Assembly (NCBI GenBank): GCA_030324005.1
Contig: JARDVH010000169.1
Coordinates: forward strand, 13,092,177 to 13,156,176
Origin: Negaprion brevirostris
Lineage: Eukaryota
Direction of reading: 5' to 3'
DNA length: 64,000 bases
Positions 1 through 13,762 of the stretch are shown piece after piece (position 1 is the stretch's first letter; every line of letters starts with the position of its first letter). The position numbers and the translations under genes are program-made. Below the pieces are notes generated by a model, which saw nothing but the letters and a program-made list of their open reading frames with translations, had not been told where the DNA came from and did not search any database.

Positions 1-1794
1 CTGCATTGTAGAATTCTATGAAATAACATATAAAGGGGGATTGAGGAAGAAGCTACTTTTAGTTTAGTATTTAGCTGTAAATTTGGCACGAGAAATACTC
101 AATGTCCCAAAAACAGATAAACAGAAGTTTGAGTATTCATTGAATTTTCAGAAAACAATGACATTTGTAGAGCTTTTAAAGCAGATTAAGGGTGATGGAA
201 TTAATGGCAATTTACCACAGATAGAATGAAAGCTGGATTGGCAAATAGTGCAAAATGGTGATAAATGAAATGGCTTGAACTGAAGGTCAGCAATGAGTAA
301 AGCTCCACAAAATGTGTTCAAGCAATTGGTGGAAGGGTCAATGACAGCATTTAAAGCAGTTAAAATAAACCAATGTATTCTGAGGAACAGCATGCGTTCC
401 CAGTGGAAACTCTTCAGGTAATTCACCTTTGAACAGGAATCAGGTGAATGAACCTTACTTTACAACTATCCAATTGCCAGGTCGAAAAAGGGAAATGTTC
501 TGGGTTTGTATATTGCTGTTCAATTTGAATTTTTAACTGATGTGAAGTTATATTGATCAAGACTGATCCAGACCTGGGAGGACCCTTCAAAAAGATCTGC
601 ATCAAGAAAGTCAATTTTAAAAGTTCAGTCTAAATTCAGACAGAACAAGTCAGTGAAACAGCAACACCTAACAGGGGCTGCATAAATGTAACTGAAGTTT
701 ATTTTTTTCCCCTCAATTTCCTCTGGACCTAGGATTGACATTATTACAGAAAGCCCTCGGTTTGCTTGGGCTGTGAACGAAACATTTCACAATCATAAAA
801 CCTTCTCTATTTGTAAGCTTTCTCTTTACAGCACTGCTGGAAACATAATTTGTGCGGACTTGTTTTTTGCAAATAAATAAAGGTGTAACACAGTGGAAAA
901 ACAACCTGTGCAGTGTCATCAATCACTCAGGTTAATTAGTCTCCTAAACTTGCAACATGAGAAGTGTGGTGTTAAATATGACCAACTTCCACATCTTTAT
1001 AAACCTAATTTAAGAAACTGCTTTCATCATTCGCAAATACAGCCCATGGTGATTCCCAAACTCTTGACAACTTAATGTCAAAAAAGCAAAGCCAGCCTTG
1101 GGAAGACGTCAGGACTCGGGCACATTGAAGTAAACATGAGCTGCTGCTCAGCAGCCAGCCACATACCTGACCATGTGGAGGAGCAAATGAGAGTGAAGTC
1201 AGTACAGAGTTACTGGAAGGAGTGGTAGTTCTCCCAGATCAGTAACTTATATATTGCTCACCCTCCAGGCTGAAACTAGTGCTATTTGAATGACAGTCTG
1301 TAGTGTCAAGAACTTCATGTCAATTATTGCCACAGACTCAAAGAAAGAATCTGATTGTCCTATGACAGATTCACAACTTATTCTGCAGCCAGATTTACGA
1401 AGTTCCACCAAAAAACCAGCAGCTTGTGATTTTGTATGTGTAAACTTGCATTTTTTAGGTATCTGGCTCCCAAGCAATTTTCAAGTAATTCTCCTACTAG
1501 AAATTAAGATTGTCCCTTATTATTCTTTCCATTGAACTAATGGTATTAAGCTCACCAAATATGGCAAGCCAGGATAATGCCAATTACACTAGTGCAGAGC
1601 TTTTAAATGTTCTAGTTAAATGCCAATACTTCTTATGGAATTATTTTTGAGTGCAAATCACTTCCAGGATAACTAGCCAAATGCACATTGTCTTCATACA
1701 ACTGTTGCTTGCTCTGCCATGGGAGGCCACCCATTTTAGCTTAATCCTGTTTCTACCCTATAGCCACGCACAATAGGACACTTGCAGTATGGAT

Positions 1795-2119
1795 CACTGA
1801 TAGCACAGTGGTTAGCACTGCTGCCTTGTAGCGTCAGGGGCCTGGGTTCAATTCCAGCCTTGGGTGATTGTGCAAATTCCACTCATTCTCCCCATGTCTG
1901 CATGGGTTTCCTCTGGGTGCTCCGGTTTCCTTCTAAAGATGTGCAGGATAGGTGGATTGGCCATGCTAAATTGCCCAAGTGTCCAGGTTAAGGGGATTAG
2001 CGCGGTAAACACGTGGAGTTACAGGGATAAGGCGGGATGTGGGCCAGGATAAAATACTCTGTCGAACAGTTGGTCAGACTCGATGGACCAAATAGCTGNN
2101 NNNNNNNNTTCTATTCTAT
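1795..2119 (+). mobile_element. HE1-type tRNA-derived SINE
   Basis: A box TAGCACAGTGG, B box GGTTCAATTCC, core 'ggattggccatgctaaattgccc', CR1-like tail ending 'ttctattcta'; many copies in the window. Confidence 0.9.
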
Positions 2120-2654
2120 ATGTGTAGTAAACCTCCCAGCTTTTCCCGCCTGAAACAAGGGGTGCTGAAACCAAATGTAACGCCTGGCTGAGACTATTTA
2201 TTTGTACAAACCTAGAAGAGGACTAGGGACCTGAAGATGAATAGATGGTTGAAAGGTTGATGACAGAACAAGACCAGCACCAATAGTGGGACAAGAGAAA
2301 CTATTGTAGAGACAAGCCTGAACTGAGCTGACACTAGTATTCTAGCAGCTCCTTAGTATTTTCTCCCATATACTTGCAGTACACATACAGCTGTTGCCAG
2401 AACCATAGGACAAAATCCAGTAAGCGGGGATAGAGGAGTTGGTGGGGAGGGATGTGTGAATGTTGTTGTGGAGCAATATGTTGAAAATAACAAGTCTGAA
2501 ACTAAAAGAAACCAGAGGTTAGAGTAGAAGTCTGACCATGGAAAAGTTTCACGGGTAACATAAATAGTCAAAGAATAAATCTACTTATAAAAAAGTATGA
2601 AAGCAAATATAAAAGCAACGTTAAAAACAAGGTCAAATATACAATGATTGAAGA

Positions 2655-4020
2655 AAAATTAAACTGTCTACAATGACACAGCATTCAAAATAAAACAGGA
2701 AACAATAATCCAGAGCAAAGGTGCAGATACAATAGGAATAGCTGAAATATGATTGCACAGTAACTTCATTGCAGTGTTAACATAAGCCTATTTGTGACAC
2801 TCAAACAAATAAACTTTAAACATTAACAGTACTGGCATCTAAATATTGCAGCTAATAGCATAATCATAAAAGGATAGTAAAGCAAGGGGGTTACAATTGG
2901 AGTAGTTGTACTGGTTAGAGGTAACAAAATAGCAGCTGAGAAAAAAAACACAATTAGCAGAAGGTTAGAAATAGAATCCCTATGGATTGAAATAAAATGT
3001 AAGGGATTGATCATATTTATACTGGCAATCATACAGGTCAACAAATTATCAAAATGAGGTAGAAGAAGAAATTTGTGAAAATTATGTGAAATGAGTAAAA
3101 CACATAGAATAATAATCACCTACCCCCAAATAAACTGAGAAGAGGATGCAAAATGTGCACAGGGATTGGAATATAGATATTACAATACGTGCAGGACTCC
3201 TTTCTTACTTAGTTAAGAGAAGCAAGCATTGGGGATCATCAATGCAATAGAGATCATAACATAAGATATAAGAAGTCCAAAGAATTAAATTAGATAAAAG
3301 CTGTTTTTAAGGGGATGAGAATGCAACTAACAAAATAAAATCAAAATATTTACTGACAAAGAAATGGGACAGAAATGGGAAACATTTGAAATGATGATCA
3401 GTTGAGTTTGGGAGAAATATGTCCCACTAAAAAATAAAACAGCAAGCAAGTTTTGGTACACCCTGGCTGATTAACGAAACTAATGAAAAAAATGCACCAA
3501 GTAAAGCGATAAAAAAAAGAGGATGGCAAAAAGATGGAAAGAGTTAGGAGAAATGAAAAGGCAATGAGAAATTACACTATTGAATTATCAAGGAAGATAA
3601 AATGAAATATTATTCCTTAGACACAAATAACAAAGAACAAGTTGAGCACTAGAAACTGAAAATACAATAGAATCATCAACTTGCTTTTCAAAATGGAAAC
3701 TCCTGATTAACCTTATTGAATTCTTTGAAGTTACAGCTAGACAAGGGGTAGACAAGAGTAATGTGGTATGTGTAATATACTTAGATTTTCAAACAGCTCG
3801 TTTGTATGGTACCACATATTAGATTCATGAGTAAGATGAGAACAGGTGAGGTCAAGGGACAAGTAAAAGAATGAATAGAATGCTGGCTAAAAAAGGAAAA
3901 AAGTGAGTAGGACTGGCAAAATTTGGAAAGTGGCATTCCACAAGGAGTGGTACTGGGATAACCACTGATTTGGATTTGGGATTGAGAATTACTATTTCAA
4001 AATTTGCAAAGTTGAGGGGG
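2655..4020 (+). mobile_element. Old degenerate CR1 LINE (endonuclease to RT region)
   Basis: Decayed APE motifs ('ataggaatagctgaaatatg', 'ggggttaca', 'gaatccctatggattgaa') and RT motif 'gtaatatacttagattttcaaacagc...gtaccacat' (VIYLDFQ...VPH); many stops. Confidence 0.75.
2752..2820 (+). mobile_element. SINE 3' tail fragment inserted in the CR1
   Basis: 'cacagtaacttcattgcagtgttaa...gcctatttgtgacact...ataaac', the same tail as the SINEs at 32.8k and 50.1k. Confidence 0.7.
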
Positions 4021-4209
4021 GGGAGGTTGTGGATCATTTTCTCTTATGACAGTTGGCATGGAAAAAGCTACATTTGAATGGCCTTCATGTTGAGTCATAA
4101 AGAAGCAGCTACTTCACTGCATATTGGATCAGATATTTATCCTGAGCTGCTCTTATAAACATTTTAGGCAGAGTGAACTAAAAGACAAGTCAACAACATT
4201 AGCCAATAG

Positions 4210-4468
4210 CTGGGGACACCCCCACCTGAAGGTTCCCCTCCAAGTCACTCACCACATTGACTTGGAAAGATATTGTCGTTCCTTCACTGTTGCTGGGGTC
4301 AAAATCCTGGAATTCCCTCCCTAACAACACTGTGGATGTATTTACACCTCAGGAACTGCAGCAGTTCAAAAAGGCAGCTCACCACCACCCTCTCAAAGGC
4401 AATTAGAATGGGCAATAAATGCTGGCCTGGCCAGTGATGCCTGCATCCTGCGAATGAATTTTTAAAAA
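4210..4468 (+). mobile_element. 3' end of a CR1-superfamily LINE (second family)
   Basis: 'gtcaaaatcctggaattccctccctaac...gcagctcaccaccacc...ggcaataaatgctggc'; recurs at 53.8k, 56.0k and 59.3k. Confidence 0.75.
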
Positions 4469-7139
4469 GTGACTTCAATGTCACTGGCACAGTGTTTATG
4501 GCCAACAGTAGGTAACAATTAAATATTTGAAAACTTCATCAAGTTAAACCTGAAATCTGCTCCCTGAAATTAATGATTAAAAGCCAAAAGAAAACTAAAT
4601 ACTTGTCTAAATGAAATGCATCCTTCTCCATAATGTTCCTTATACAAATAACAGAAGAGTAAGACGCTAAGATCAACGTGATGTTACATATTAATCCTAT
4701 AAGGAGAATGCCTTACTCTACATCCCTTTGAGCGATTTACTTTTTANNNNNNNNNNTAGCCCACTTGATTGTGCCTACAATATAACTGTTCATATTTCTG
4801 CAAGGAAACTCTTGCGATGCCTAAGCATGCATGTATTTGCAGGACACTTAAATGTGCAGCAGGTCCAAAGTATTTGCAGTGAAATGATTTTCATAGGTTG
4901 GGTCATGAAAATTAAAAATACGAACAGTTCTACAGAACAAGGAATACAGGCAATAAAGAAAAGCTGGAACATTTGACTAAAACAGTTCAAAATGTTTCTG
5001 CATTGATTTTAAGTTAATATCAGTTCTGGAGAATGGAACATTTCTAGGGTTTGTTGGCTTGATGAAAAGCAAAGCTACCTCGCGACTGCCTCAAGAGTCA
5101 TTTCATTTCTCATTTTCCAATTGTCTCTCTACTAGTTTCTTTCCTGAATTGTCAATAGTATATGTCATGGTTCTAACTCTTTAAATGATTTTCCAAGATG
5201 ATCCTTAAATCCACAAAAGCAGTGGGATTTTCATGCCATCATCTAGGGCTGGCTTTGAACTAAGATTAAAGGGAGCGAAAAGAAAGTGGGCTATCCCCCT
5301 CGTGACACGCAGTATCTGTATGCAAATATGTATATTGTATAAAACGTTACCTAACAATCATCACAAGTTTCTTTGGAACTAAATAGCGGATAACATTTTC
5401 TTAGTTTTAAAAGTAGTAAAATTTGTGTCATTTATTTTGCCAATCCCAACAGTGTACAAAATCAAATTAACATCTCTGTTTAAATCCTCCTTTTGTTTTC
5501 CTTTTATTTTCTATTACACACAAAGCTGAAGTTTGTGATCACTAAAATCAATATTTACTGTCTGCATTTCATTTCAATGATAATAAAATCAATCTGATCA
5601 CTGCGTTTACTGTGAATACACATATTAACTTGTACTCCAGGGATACAAACTGCTGTACAGGTGAAAATAAGCCAGTGTTTCAAACAGTTTGACAAGTTGT
5701 TCAGTACAGTATATGAACACTCCTCTGTGCATTTTGCTTTCATATAAACAGATATAGCTCAGGTAGATAAGATGTATTCAACAGTTAAATAGAAATTCCT
5801 AGTTCATGAAATTATGTGAACTGAAGTGAGGTCTTTGAACACAACTCATACTTGGAATCTTCAGTCAACGTTCTAGTACCACAGTTTAGTATACAAAATC
5901 ATTCATGCACAAGTACTCCAAGACCCGCCAACAAAATAATAGATGTTAACAAGCCGAATAAGAAGCAACACATCAATGTTGTTAAAATTACTATTCCACA
6001 GCGTTTTGATGTCACTGAGGTTAACAAAATGTTTCAGCTGTTGGAACATTAGTTCATGGCTCAGTACAGTCCTTCGCACTGTGATTTTGTAATCCCAATT
6101 TGCATTGGGTTAATGTCAAAAATCAATCTTGCATTGTGGCACCTGAGCCATCAATGGGCCTATTTTTCTATTGGTTTGTCTTGGAGTGTTATATCGCTAA
6201 CAATGAAGATTTAACAGTTCAGTTTCAAAATCACCTGGCAATTATGAAATTGCTCAATACAATATATACTGACGCATTCAGAAAGAAATAGTGTCTGAAT
6301 AATTATTATAAAAATCCATACATTCAGTTAACAAGTCACCAGGCTGGTTATGTTGCATGCACAGGCAGCATAGGCTTTAGCTATGGTTGGACAGGGAAGC
6401 AATGGTTAGTACCATCATGCAGTTAATGCATGGCTTTAATGCCATGCAATAAACCTACATCAATGAGCCTGGAGTGCGTTTCCTGGGTAAGACATGACAT
6501 GAAACAGGGCTTGGTTAGTACAGCAGCGATAGATCGAGGGAAATTGCTGTTACTATTTAAAAAAATTATTTTAGCAGCACTATATTAATTGTATAAATAT
6601 TTCCACATCAGACGCAAGATAAATATTTTGTTTTTCTCTTCCATAGCAAGCGGAACTGGACCGATTTTATTCCAGAAGGGCGCTTGCCATTTTAAGCAGC
6701 CCCATAATTGTTTTCACTATCAGCAAGTTATTAGTCTTTACCATATCCAAGAGCATCATGTGGTGTCATCCATTGAATCTATTTCCATTACATACTCACC
6801 ATAAACAGCCTAACATCTTTATTCTCAAAGTCAGGTATGTTCAAACAAGCCATATGCATCTGCCTCCAAAATTGCCACCTGTATCATGTAATTCCAGTGA
6901 ACATATAAGTGACAGCCAATAGTTTTCCCCTTCAACAAGTATTTTTCATCTTCCTCCTCTTGTAATTGACTGCACTTGATTTCTATGTTTAGATTTGATT
7001 TTTAGGGTAGGATTGTTAAAGAAAGCAGAAGTCCTTTTGTTGGCCCACAAAGTCTATGATTAACAGTAACAAAACTGAATAATATTTATCAAATAGCACA
7101 TAAATGTGCCATCCTCAACTTGAGAGATAGAAGTCTATA

Positions 7140-7186
7140 CAGACCAACAGAATATATAGACGAACAGAATATATAGACCAACAGAA
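7140..7186. repeat. 17-bp tandem repeat (~2.7 copies)
   Basis: agaccaacagaatatat-agacgaacagaatatat-agaccaacagaa. Confidence 0.8.
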
Positions 7187-8194
7187 GGTAGCTAAAGTAA
7201 CTAGGGGTGAGCGAGGGTAATTATTGCAGGTTTTAGTGCGTTATTGACAGCGTTGGCATTAGATGAAGCCATGTCCATGTACTAAACATAGAACATCCCA
7301 TAATAAACACACTAATTTTAAAACCATCCCTGCCATTGATTAAAAGTTTTATCATTTTGACAATCATGTTTTGTCTGTTCAATGCATAGAAAACACTGGA
7401 TTCAAAATGGTACATGATTAAACCAGTTCTAAACCAAAAGAATTCTCCATTCTGAAGAGCCGTAATCTAATGCCTCTCTAAAGCATGACATATCCAATGA
7501 AAAGGTATTTCATTAGGGCAAATGAAGTTAATTTCTACTTTCTTGAGCCAATGTGGATACTTCACATTTCAAAAGCTTCAAAGGACATCTATGAATCAAA
7601 TCCTTAGTTTGTGTGTATTGGACTTCCATCACAAGAATAACCAACCACATTTGAAAATATATAATTCATAGATTAAAACAGGTACTATTATTCTGACATT
7701 CATCCAAATCTGATCCTTACAGAAGGCTCAAGAATCCAGGAATTAATTTGCATTGACCATAATGAGGCAAATAATTGGCATATTAGCAAGACTGTAAAAA
7801 TACTGAACAAATTACCTAATTTTTCATGCAACAATATTAATTCCAAATAGAAACGTAACCTGTATTGGAATTCTGGTAGCAAATCAGCATGTTCTAGAGA
7901 AGGTAACACTTTAGTATAATTTACACTAATATTAATTAATCTCATTTTTCCACAAGTACAATTTAATAGTTTGCCTTTAAAATGAAAAGACAAGTTTGAT
8001 CCCCAGATCAGGATAAATCTTACAACTATATTGACTCCGTACTGCAGCCATTCTGTGGGATAAACATCTTCTATTTTCTACTGCAGAAATTCAACACATT
8101 TTCCAGAAACAATCTGTCCAGGTAAGAATGAGTTAATAAATGAACGCCCAATTGTCTGCTCAGTTCTTCCACTGACCCCAAACATTAAAATAAA

Positions 8195-8425
8195 GTAAAA
8201 AAATACTGGAGATGCTAGATATCTGCAGTGAGAGTGCTGAAAATACTCAGCAGGTCAGGCAGCACCTGAGGAAACAGGATCAGAGTTAATAATTTTGATC
8301 GCTAACCTTTCAAAGGTTCAACTGGTTCTGAGGAAAGGTCACTGACCTGTAGTATTAACTCTGTTCCTCTCAAAACTGCCCGAGTTGCTGACTGCTTCCA
8401 GCATGCAGTATTCTGTTTTTCTTTT
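8195..8425. mobile_element. Palindromic Penelope-like pLTR-derived repeat
   Basis: Arms 'tactggagatgc...ctcagcaggtcaggcagc...cagagttaat' and 'attaactctg...gctgactgcttccagcat'; decayed CTGANGA-stem-GAAA core near 8326-8355. Confidence 0.65.
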
Positions 8426-9139
8426 GACCTGTGATTTGCAGTACAAAATGATGCAAGAAAATTCCTAAAACAGGTCTGGATCACAATTCCAGAATTCTAA
8501 ATTTAATTGTGGACGTACAACAACTGCATCAAGTAGCCAAATTTCTGTTTGGTTTTGCAAAAGAGATTGCCATTATCCAGCGGTAAAAAGATCTCTGTGA
8601 AAAACATAGGGAAGATTACGCAAAGCAATGAGCCGGACCTTGTTAATTAGTACCCACACCAGATCTCTGAAGAGTTTTGTAAATACTGCATCAGTTATAA
8701 CACAATACACTTTAAAGTCTTTACTAATTGTCATTATGTGGCAGTTGTCCAATAGTGAATGCATTATGCAGATTAACATTCCTCATGGAAAGTTTATTTT
8801 TGCCATGGCACCTTTCAAGCATGGAGAAAGTCAGTGATATAATCAATGTCATCTTACTGTGTTTTGTACACAATGGTAATCACATCATTAGGCTAGGCAT
8901 TTTTATCATTACTCATTCAAATTTGTTTTCCATCACACAAATGGCAACATATTCCAACCTAAAATTTATGATTAGTGCNNNNNNNNNNNNNNNNNNNNTC
9001 CCAAATTTGAACTGTCTATTCCTATACAGCGCTGATGGGTACAGTTATTCTACATCATTTATCCACATACCAGTGTGACAGGAACAGTGTTTATGTATTC
9101 AATGTTCTGTTGCACAGAGCACAAATTCATCTGCAATTA

Positions 9140-9875
9140 ATATTTTAGACAAATAAGCAAAACTGTGGCAGATGAAGTGAGGAAGGGTGATGCAAGAATC
9201 CAAGGGCAAAGCAAGACTAGAGATCATGAAGAAACAAAGAGTATTGGGTGCTCGGGTATAAATTCACTAAAAAGGTACCCACGAAAACATATCAAAAAAA
9301 GCCATTAAACAATACCCTTTATTGTTGGAATACAAGGGGCAGAAAGTTATTCTTCAGTCATACAGAGCCTTAGACTCCCATCTGGATTCCGTTTTAGTCA
9401 CTGTATCACAGGAAGTATAATACTGGCCTTGCATGGCAACAGCCTACGCTCACCAAAATTATATGAGGATTTAAAGGGTTAAGTTATCCAAGAGGTTGCA
9501 TATATTTGTATTCCCTTGAGTTTAGAAGTTTGAGCGGCAATGTTTAAACAGATAAAGGGATTCAATAAGAGTAGATACAGAGAGCACATTGTCTCAAAAG
9601 GGAGAAACAGAACAAGAGGGTCCCATGTCAAAATTACAGTGAAGCCATTCTGGAATGAACAGTGGAAGCATTTCTTCACGTGATGTGCAGTGAAATGTGG
9701 AATTCTCCCCCCTAAAAGATGCTGAATCAAGTGAAATTTTCAAAATGGAGATGGGTAAGATTTTTGTTATGCAAGGGACAGGGAGACATAAATTTGAGGT
9801 GCAGATTGCCACAATCTAATTGAATGGTGGAACAGACTTGAGGGAGTAAACGACTTACTGTTCCTATCTTCCTAA
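9140..9875 (+). mobile_element. Degenerate CR1 LINE 3' part
   Basis: 'tggcagatgaag', 'tacagagccttag', 'gtggaattctcccc', 3' end 'attgaatggtggaacagacttgaggga...tactgttcctatcttcct'. Confidence 0.75.
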
Positions 9876-11537
9876 TGAAATACTAAATTCATGATTCGAG
9901 AAATTAATAATGATAATGTCTGACTGTTCCAATGATTCAAAGACTGAATGCACCACGTTGCATAATATGAAGTCTTATAATTGAAGAAGATTGAGGTTCA
10001 GTTATCAGCTTCTGCTAGTGATCTCATCTCGATGTACAATAAGTACTTCACAACTGACTTCAATGTTCTTCCATTAGGAAGGGAAAAATTGATTGCTATA
10101 CATTCAACCCTACTTGGAATATATGCAGAAGTAGATGTCAGCTGAGGACATCATTCGATTCAACTGATCGAGAATATCTTGCTTCATTCATAAACAGTCA
10201 AATGCAGGGTTAACCAACTCTCACATGGCCACATGGGTTATTATCTCAAGTTGTTGCAAGAGATGAAATTTGTGCTCCGGCATTCTCAGGGAGGAGGGAG
10301 AGATGAAGGAAAAGTTATGAATTTAACCTACTTCCAGCAATGCAGGTCCTATTCTTCAAACTGTTGCAGTTACAATGGCTTTTCCTGCTCAACATTCACG
10401 TGTCATCATTCCCTTTGCGATGTGGCAGAGGGCTTTGTGCCTATTTGATTCTAAGGGAACCTACTTTAAGAGATGTCATGTGTATCCGTTTATTGACAAG
10501 CGTGGGGCTAAGGCTATAAATGCAGCATATTACCAGGTTAAAAATAACAAATGAAATGGATGGTGGTTTGGGTAACAACAATTTTGCTTTACTGGAGGAA
10601 AAAAAGATATTCAATCAGGTCCAACATTTAATAATGCATTTTCATATATTAAGGTGGCTGATATTGGCATATTTCTGCTTTAAATCTGTGTAACACTAAC
10701 GCTTCAATAACTATGAGAAGAAATTTTTCTTTGCTTTTCATTTCCACTTCTGAGCCCCCAATTAAATTGCTACACATGTGCACACGTTGGTAGACAGGTT
10801 AATAAATAAATTTAGGTCACATGTGCACTGCATTTGTATTACAATCTTAACCCCATATAATTGATTTGGATTTACTCTATCTTCAGTCAATTCTTCACAG
10901 TGCAATTCAGTTTGAACGTTCAAAGCAGTTCAACTTTCCACAGGAAGCTAGGGGATTTTAACGTAACCATGGCAGCAGACAACACTTGCTTCTGGCCACT
11001 GAAGATTGCCATGTAAGTGGATAAGAACGCAAACACTGTTGCTGTAGATGTTTTGCAGATTAGCTAAGCTCCTCCACGATCATACCATTTACCAGAGAAA
11101 AACTGAAGGCACATCGCATTTTTGGATGACAATCAACATTTATTTTAAAAGCAAGTAGATCTGCAGAATCAGTTTTACATGAGCCTCTCCTGCAAATTTA
11201 CTTAATGCGTTGGTGATAAATTTCTCCTCTTTCAGTTTATAGTCCTTAATGACAGAAAACTGCAGTGTTGTTTTGCTCTATTTCTAGGTTCTGTTTCACA
11301 TCACTAGAGAACGAACGATGCATTTATACAGCACCTATTGGCCCCGATATTAATAGGGAAGGCACAGAAGAGCACATGGAAAACCCAGCAAATCAAGGAG
11401 GTCATGGAGTCATAATTAAGGAAATCTTGGATTTAACATATGTATTTTTCAGCTTCCTGAGTGTTCGCCTGTCAGTGTGGCTGGAAAATCAGGGACNNNN
11501 NNNNNNNNGCGGAACATAGAGTTGGTGAGATTAGTTT

Positions 11538-11607
11538 TTGCTATGCTTTGTCCACATAGCACACAAGAAACAATACTTTTCACTCTGACAATATCAAATC
11601 AAATCAA
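11538..11607 (+). mobile_element. Rex1/Babar-like LINE tail
   Basis: 'caagaaacaatacttttcact...gacaat...(aaatc)n', shared with the copy at 35.7-36.3k. Confidence 0.7.
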
Positions 11608-12174
11608 AAGAGGTGGTCAACCATGATTACACATGCAGAAACAGCCATCAGAGCCTGGAAAAGCGGTGGTGAAAGTCTGCTTTATATCAGCGGGCCGTGG
11701 ACAGGGACTGCCAACGGCAGCATAGTGACCAAAGGTTTCCTTGAGGAGCCTAGAGAAAGAGAGCACTCCTGCTCCTCGTAGCTCAACAAGAAGTGCTGAA
11801 TGAATCACTTATCTTCTTGACCGGACAATTCTTGCCTTGCTTTAATGACCAGCTATTTTAATTCGGATCAGGCTTCCAATTCCATTCTGGAATTCCTGGT
11901 GACTTGACAATTGTAACTACCAATAATTGATGTAAAAGAGGTCCATTTCTCCAGGAACTCAGCCATTGGCCTCAAAGTATTAAGAAAAATGTGCACTATT
12001 TGTTGCATCTACAAGTACAAGCAATCGTTCCGCTTCAGAAGATAAACAAAGTGTTTCAGTAGTAGCCTCTTGCCACAGTCCATAAAGTCAACAATAATCT
12101 CCATTCATTACCAATAAAAAAAGCATTCTGGGAGGGGAGGAATCCTCTCTTATCTCACAGACTGCCAATACTTC

Positions 12175-12290
12175 ATAAGAACATAAGAAATAGGAGCAGG
12201 AGTAGGCTATCTAGCCCTTTGAGCCTGCCCCGCCATTCAATGAGATCATGGCTGATCTGAAGTGGATCAGTTCCACTTTCCTTAATTCAT
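12175..12290 (-). mobile_element. CR1 LINE 3' end
   Basis: 'cataagaacataagaaataggagcaggagtaggc', the reverse complement of the CR1 tail. Confidence 0.85.
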
Positions 12291-12440
12291 TGCATTCCCT
12301 GTTAGAACAGCCAGGCAGGTAAATGACTGCTCTCAAGCTTCNNNNNNNNNNNNNNNNNNNNNNNNNNNNNNNNNNNNNNNNNNNNNNNNNNNNNNNNNNN
12401 NNNNNNNNNNNNNNNNNNNNNNNNNNNNNNNNNNNNNNNN

Positions 12441-12517
12441 NATCTTATTGAATGGCGGGGCAGGCTTGAAGGACTAGATGGCCTACTCCTGCTCCTATTT
12501 CTTATGTTCTTATGTTC
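12441..12517 (+). mobile_element. CR1 LINE 3' end
   Basis: 'gaatggcggggcaggcttgaagg...cctactcctgctcctatttcttatgttcttatg'. Confidence 0.85.
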
Positions 12518-13199
12518 TAAGAATGGCATCCATCTGACTCTCCTTCCCTGCTATGAGAAAATCACTGGCTTTTGCTAAGCTCTTTGCACAGCCATGGGCA
12601 ATAACAATCTTCTGATGTGTACACCATTCAAGCACCCAGATTCCCCTTCCAAAACTAATGAAAAACAAAACAGAAATGAGATACAGATACATAAAAGTAC
12701 CCATTTCTTTTTTGTTCTGTCAACATTTGTCCAAGATTCATATTCATCACTTGAAAATTCAATACATTAATGCAATTATTAAATTAGATGTGATCAAATT
12801 TTCTTTCTAGCATTTCTATCTTTCCTTCATATGAATGACTCTTGCTTTAAAAGAACACTAAATATCATCTTTTGTAAAATTCCCAAAAGCCAAGAGGATA
12901 AAACAAGTTGGAAGCCGGCTTAAAGTGCTTGTGAATTTGCTGTTTCCTACAAATTTCACCTTAAACTCACCAAGTTCATTGTCGATTGGAGAACTCAAAG
13001 GAGCTTCAAATATTCTTTGAATGCCATTTCACAACCAAATGTGCTGTGAAACTCATACTTTTTTCTTTTGATTGAGACAAGTGCCAAAATAAAAATCAAG
13101 CAACCAGCACTAGTCTCGATGTAGATTTGAAATGCCATCTTTTGACTTCTATTTCCCAGCAACATTGCACAGTTCAAGAGTTATTCTAAAGTGCAGTTG

Positions 13200-13490
13200 C
13201 AGTTATTCTGTATTACAGCATCATTTTCTGTGGTAACTCAATCCTATGAGCAGTAATGAGATGAACACACAGTTAATTTGCTTTTTTTAAAGTGATGCAC
13301 TGATCAAAGAACGTAGCCTGGGGCATTGAATAGTGCTAAAGGATCTTTAGCTATCATAAAAGAACAGCACCTCTGATTAACATATCAGTGACGTACTTGA
13401 GTGTCAACTGTGATTCAAATTTTGGACCAGGGCCTGAACCACACCTTTCTAAGTGAGAGAGAAGTGGACAACAAGTGAGCCAAGATGACT
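13200..13490 (-). mobile_element. Old Deu-domain SINE (SacSINE1-like)
   Basis: Decayed reverse match to the Deu core ('gaatagtgc..aggatcttt') and tRNA-like head ('tgaacc...aagtgagccaa'). Confidence 0.5.
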
Positions 13491-13762
13491 ACAGATCTAC
13501 TCACTTGGTCAATTAGGACTGTCCAAGTAAGGAGACTCTTTGAAGACGAATTCAACCACACTTAGGCACGCCTTGAAGATTTATTACAAAGGTACAATTA
13601 ATAAATAATTACAACACATTAAATTTCTACCACTTAAATTATTTATTTCAGTGCTGTTTTACTTTATTAGTTTCCAATTAGAGGGAAAATAATATGAGAG
13701 ATAAACACATGCTTCAGCATCATATGAAAGGAGTTAAATTCTATGGTTTGGTTGCAGTGGAT

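Noticed and set aside
1247-1477. Minus-strand ORF ending at a donor-like GG|GTGAGC
   Set aside because: No in-frame acceptor with a convincing pyrimidine tract, and the peptide is unrecognisable
1795-1865. tRNA-like A/B boxes here and in similar copies
   Set aside because: They are SINE heads followed by SINE core and tail, not tRNA genes
10962-10975. RFX X-box-like GTAACCATGGCAGC
   Set aside because: Two mismatches to the palindromic consensus and no supporting context
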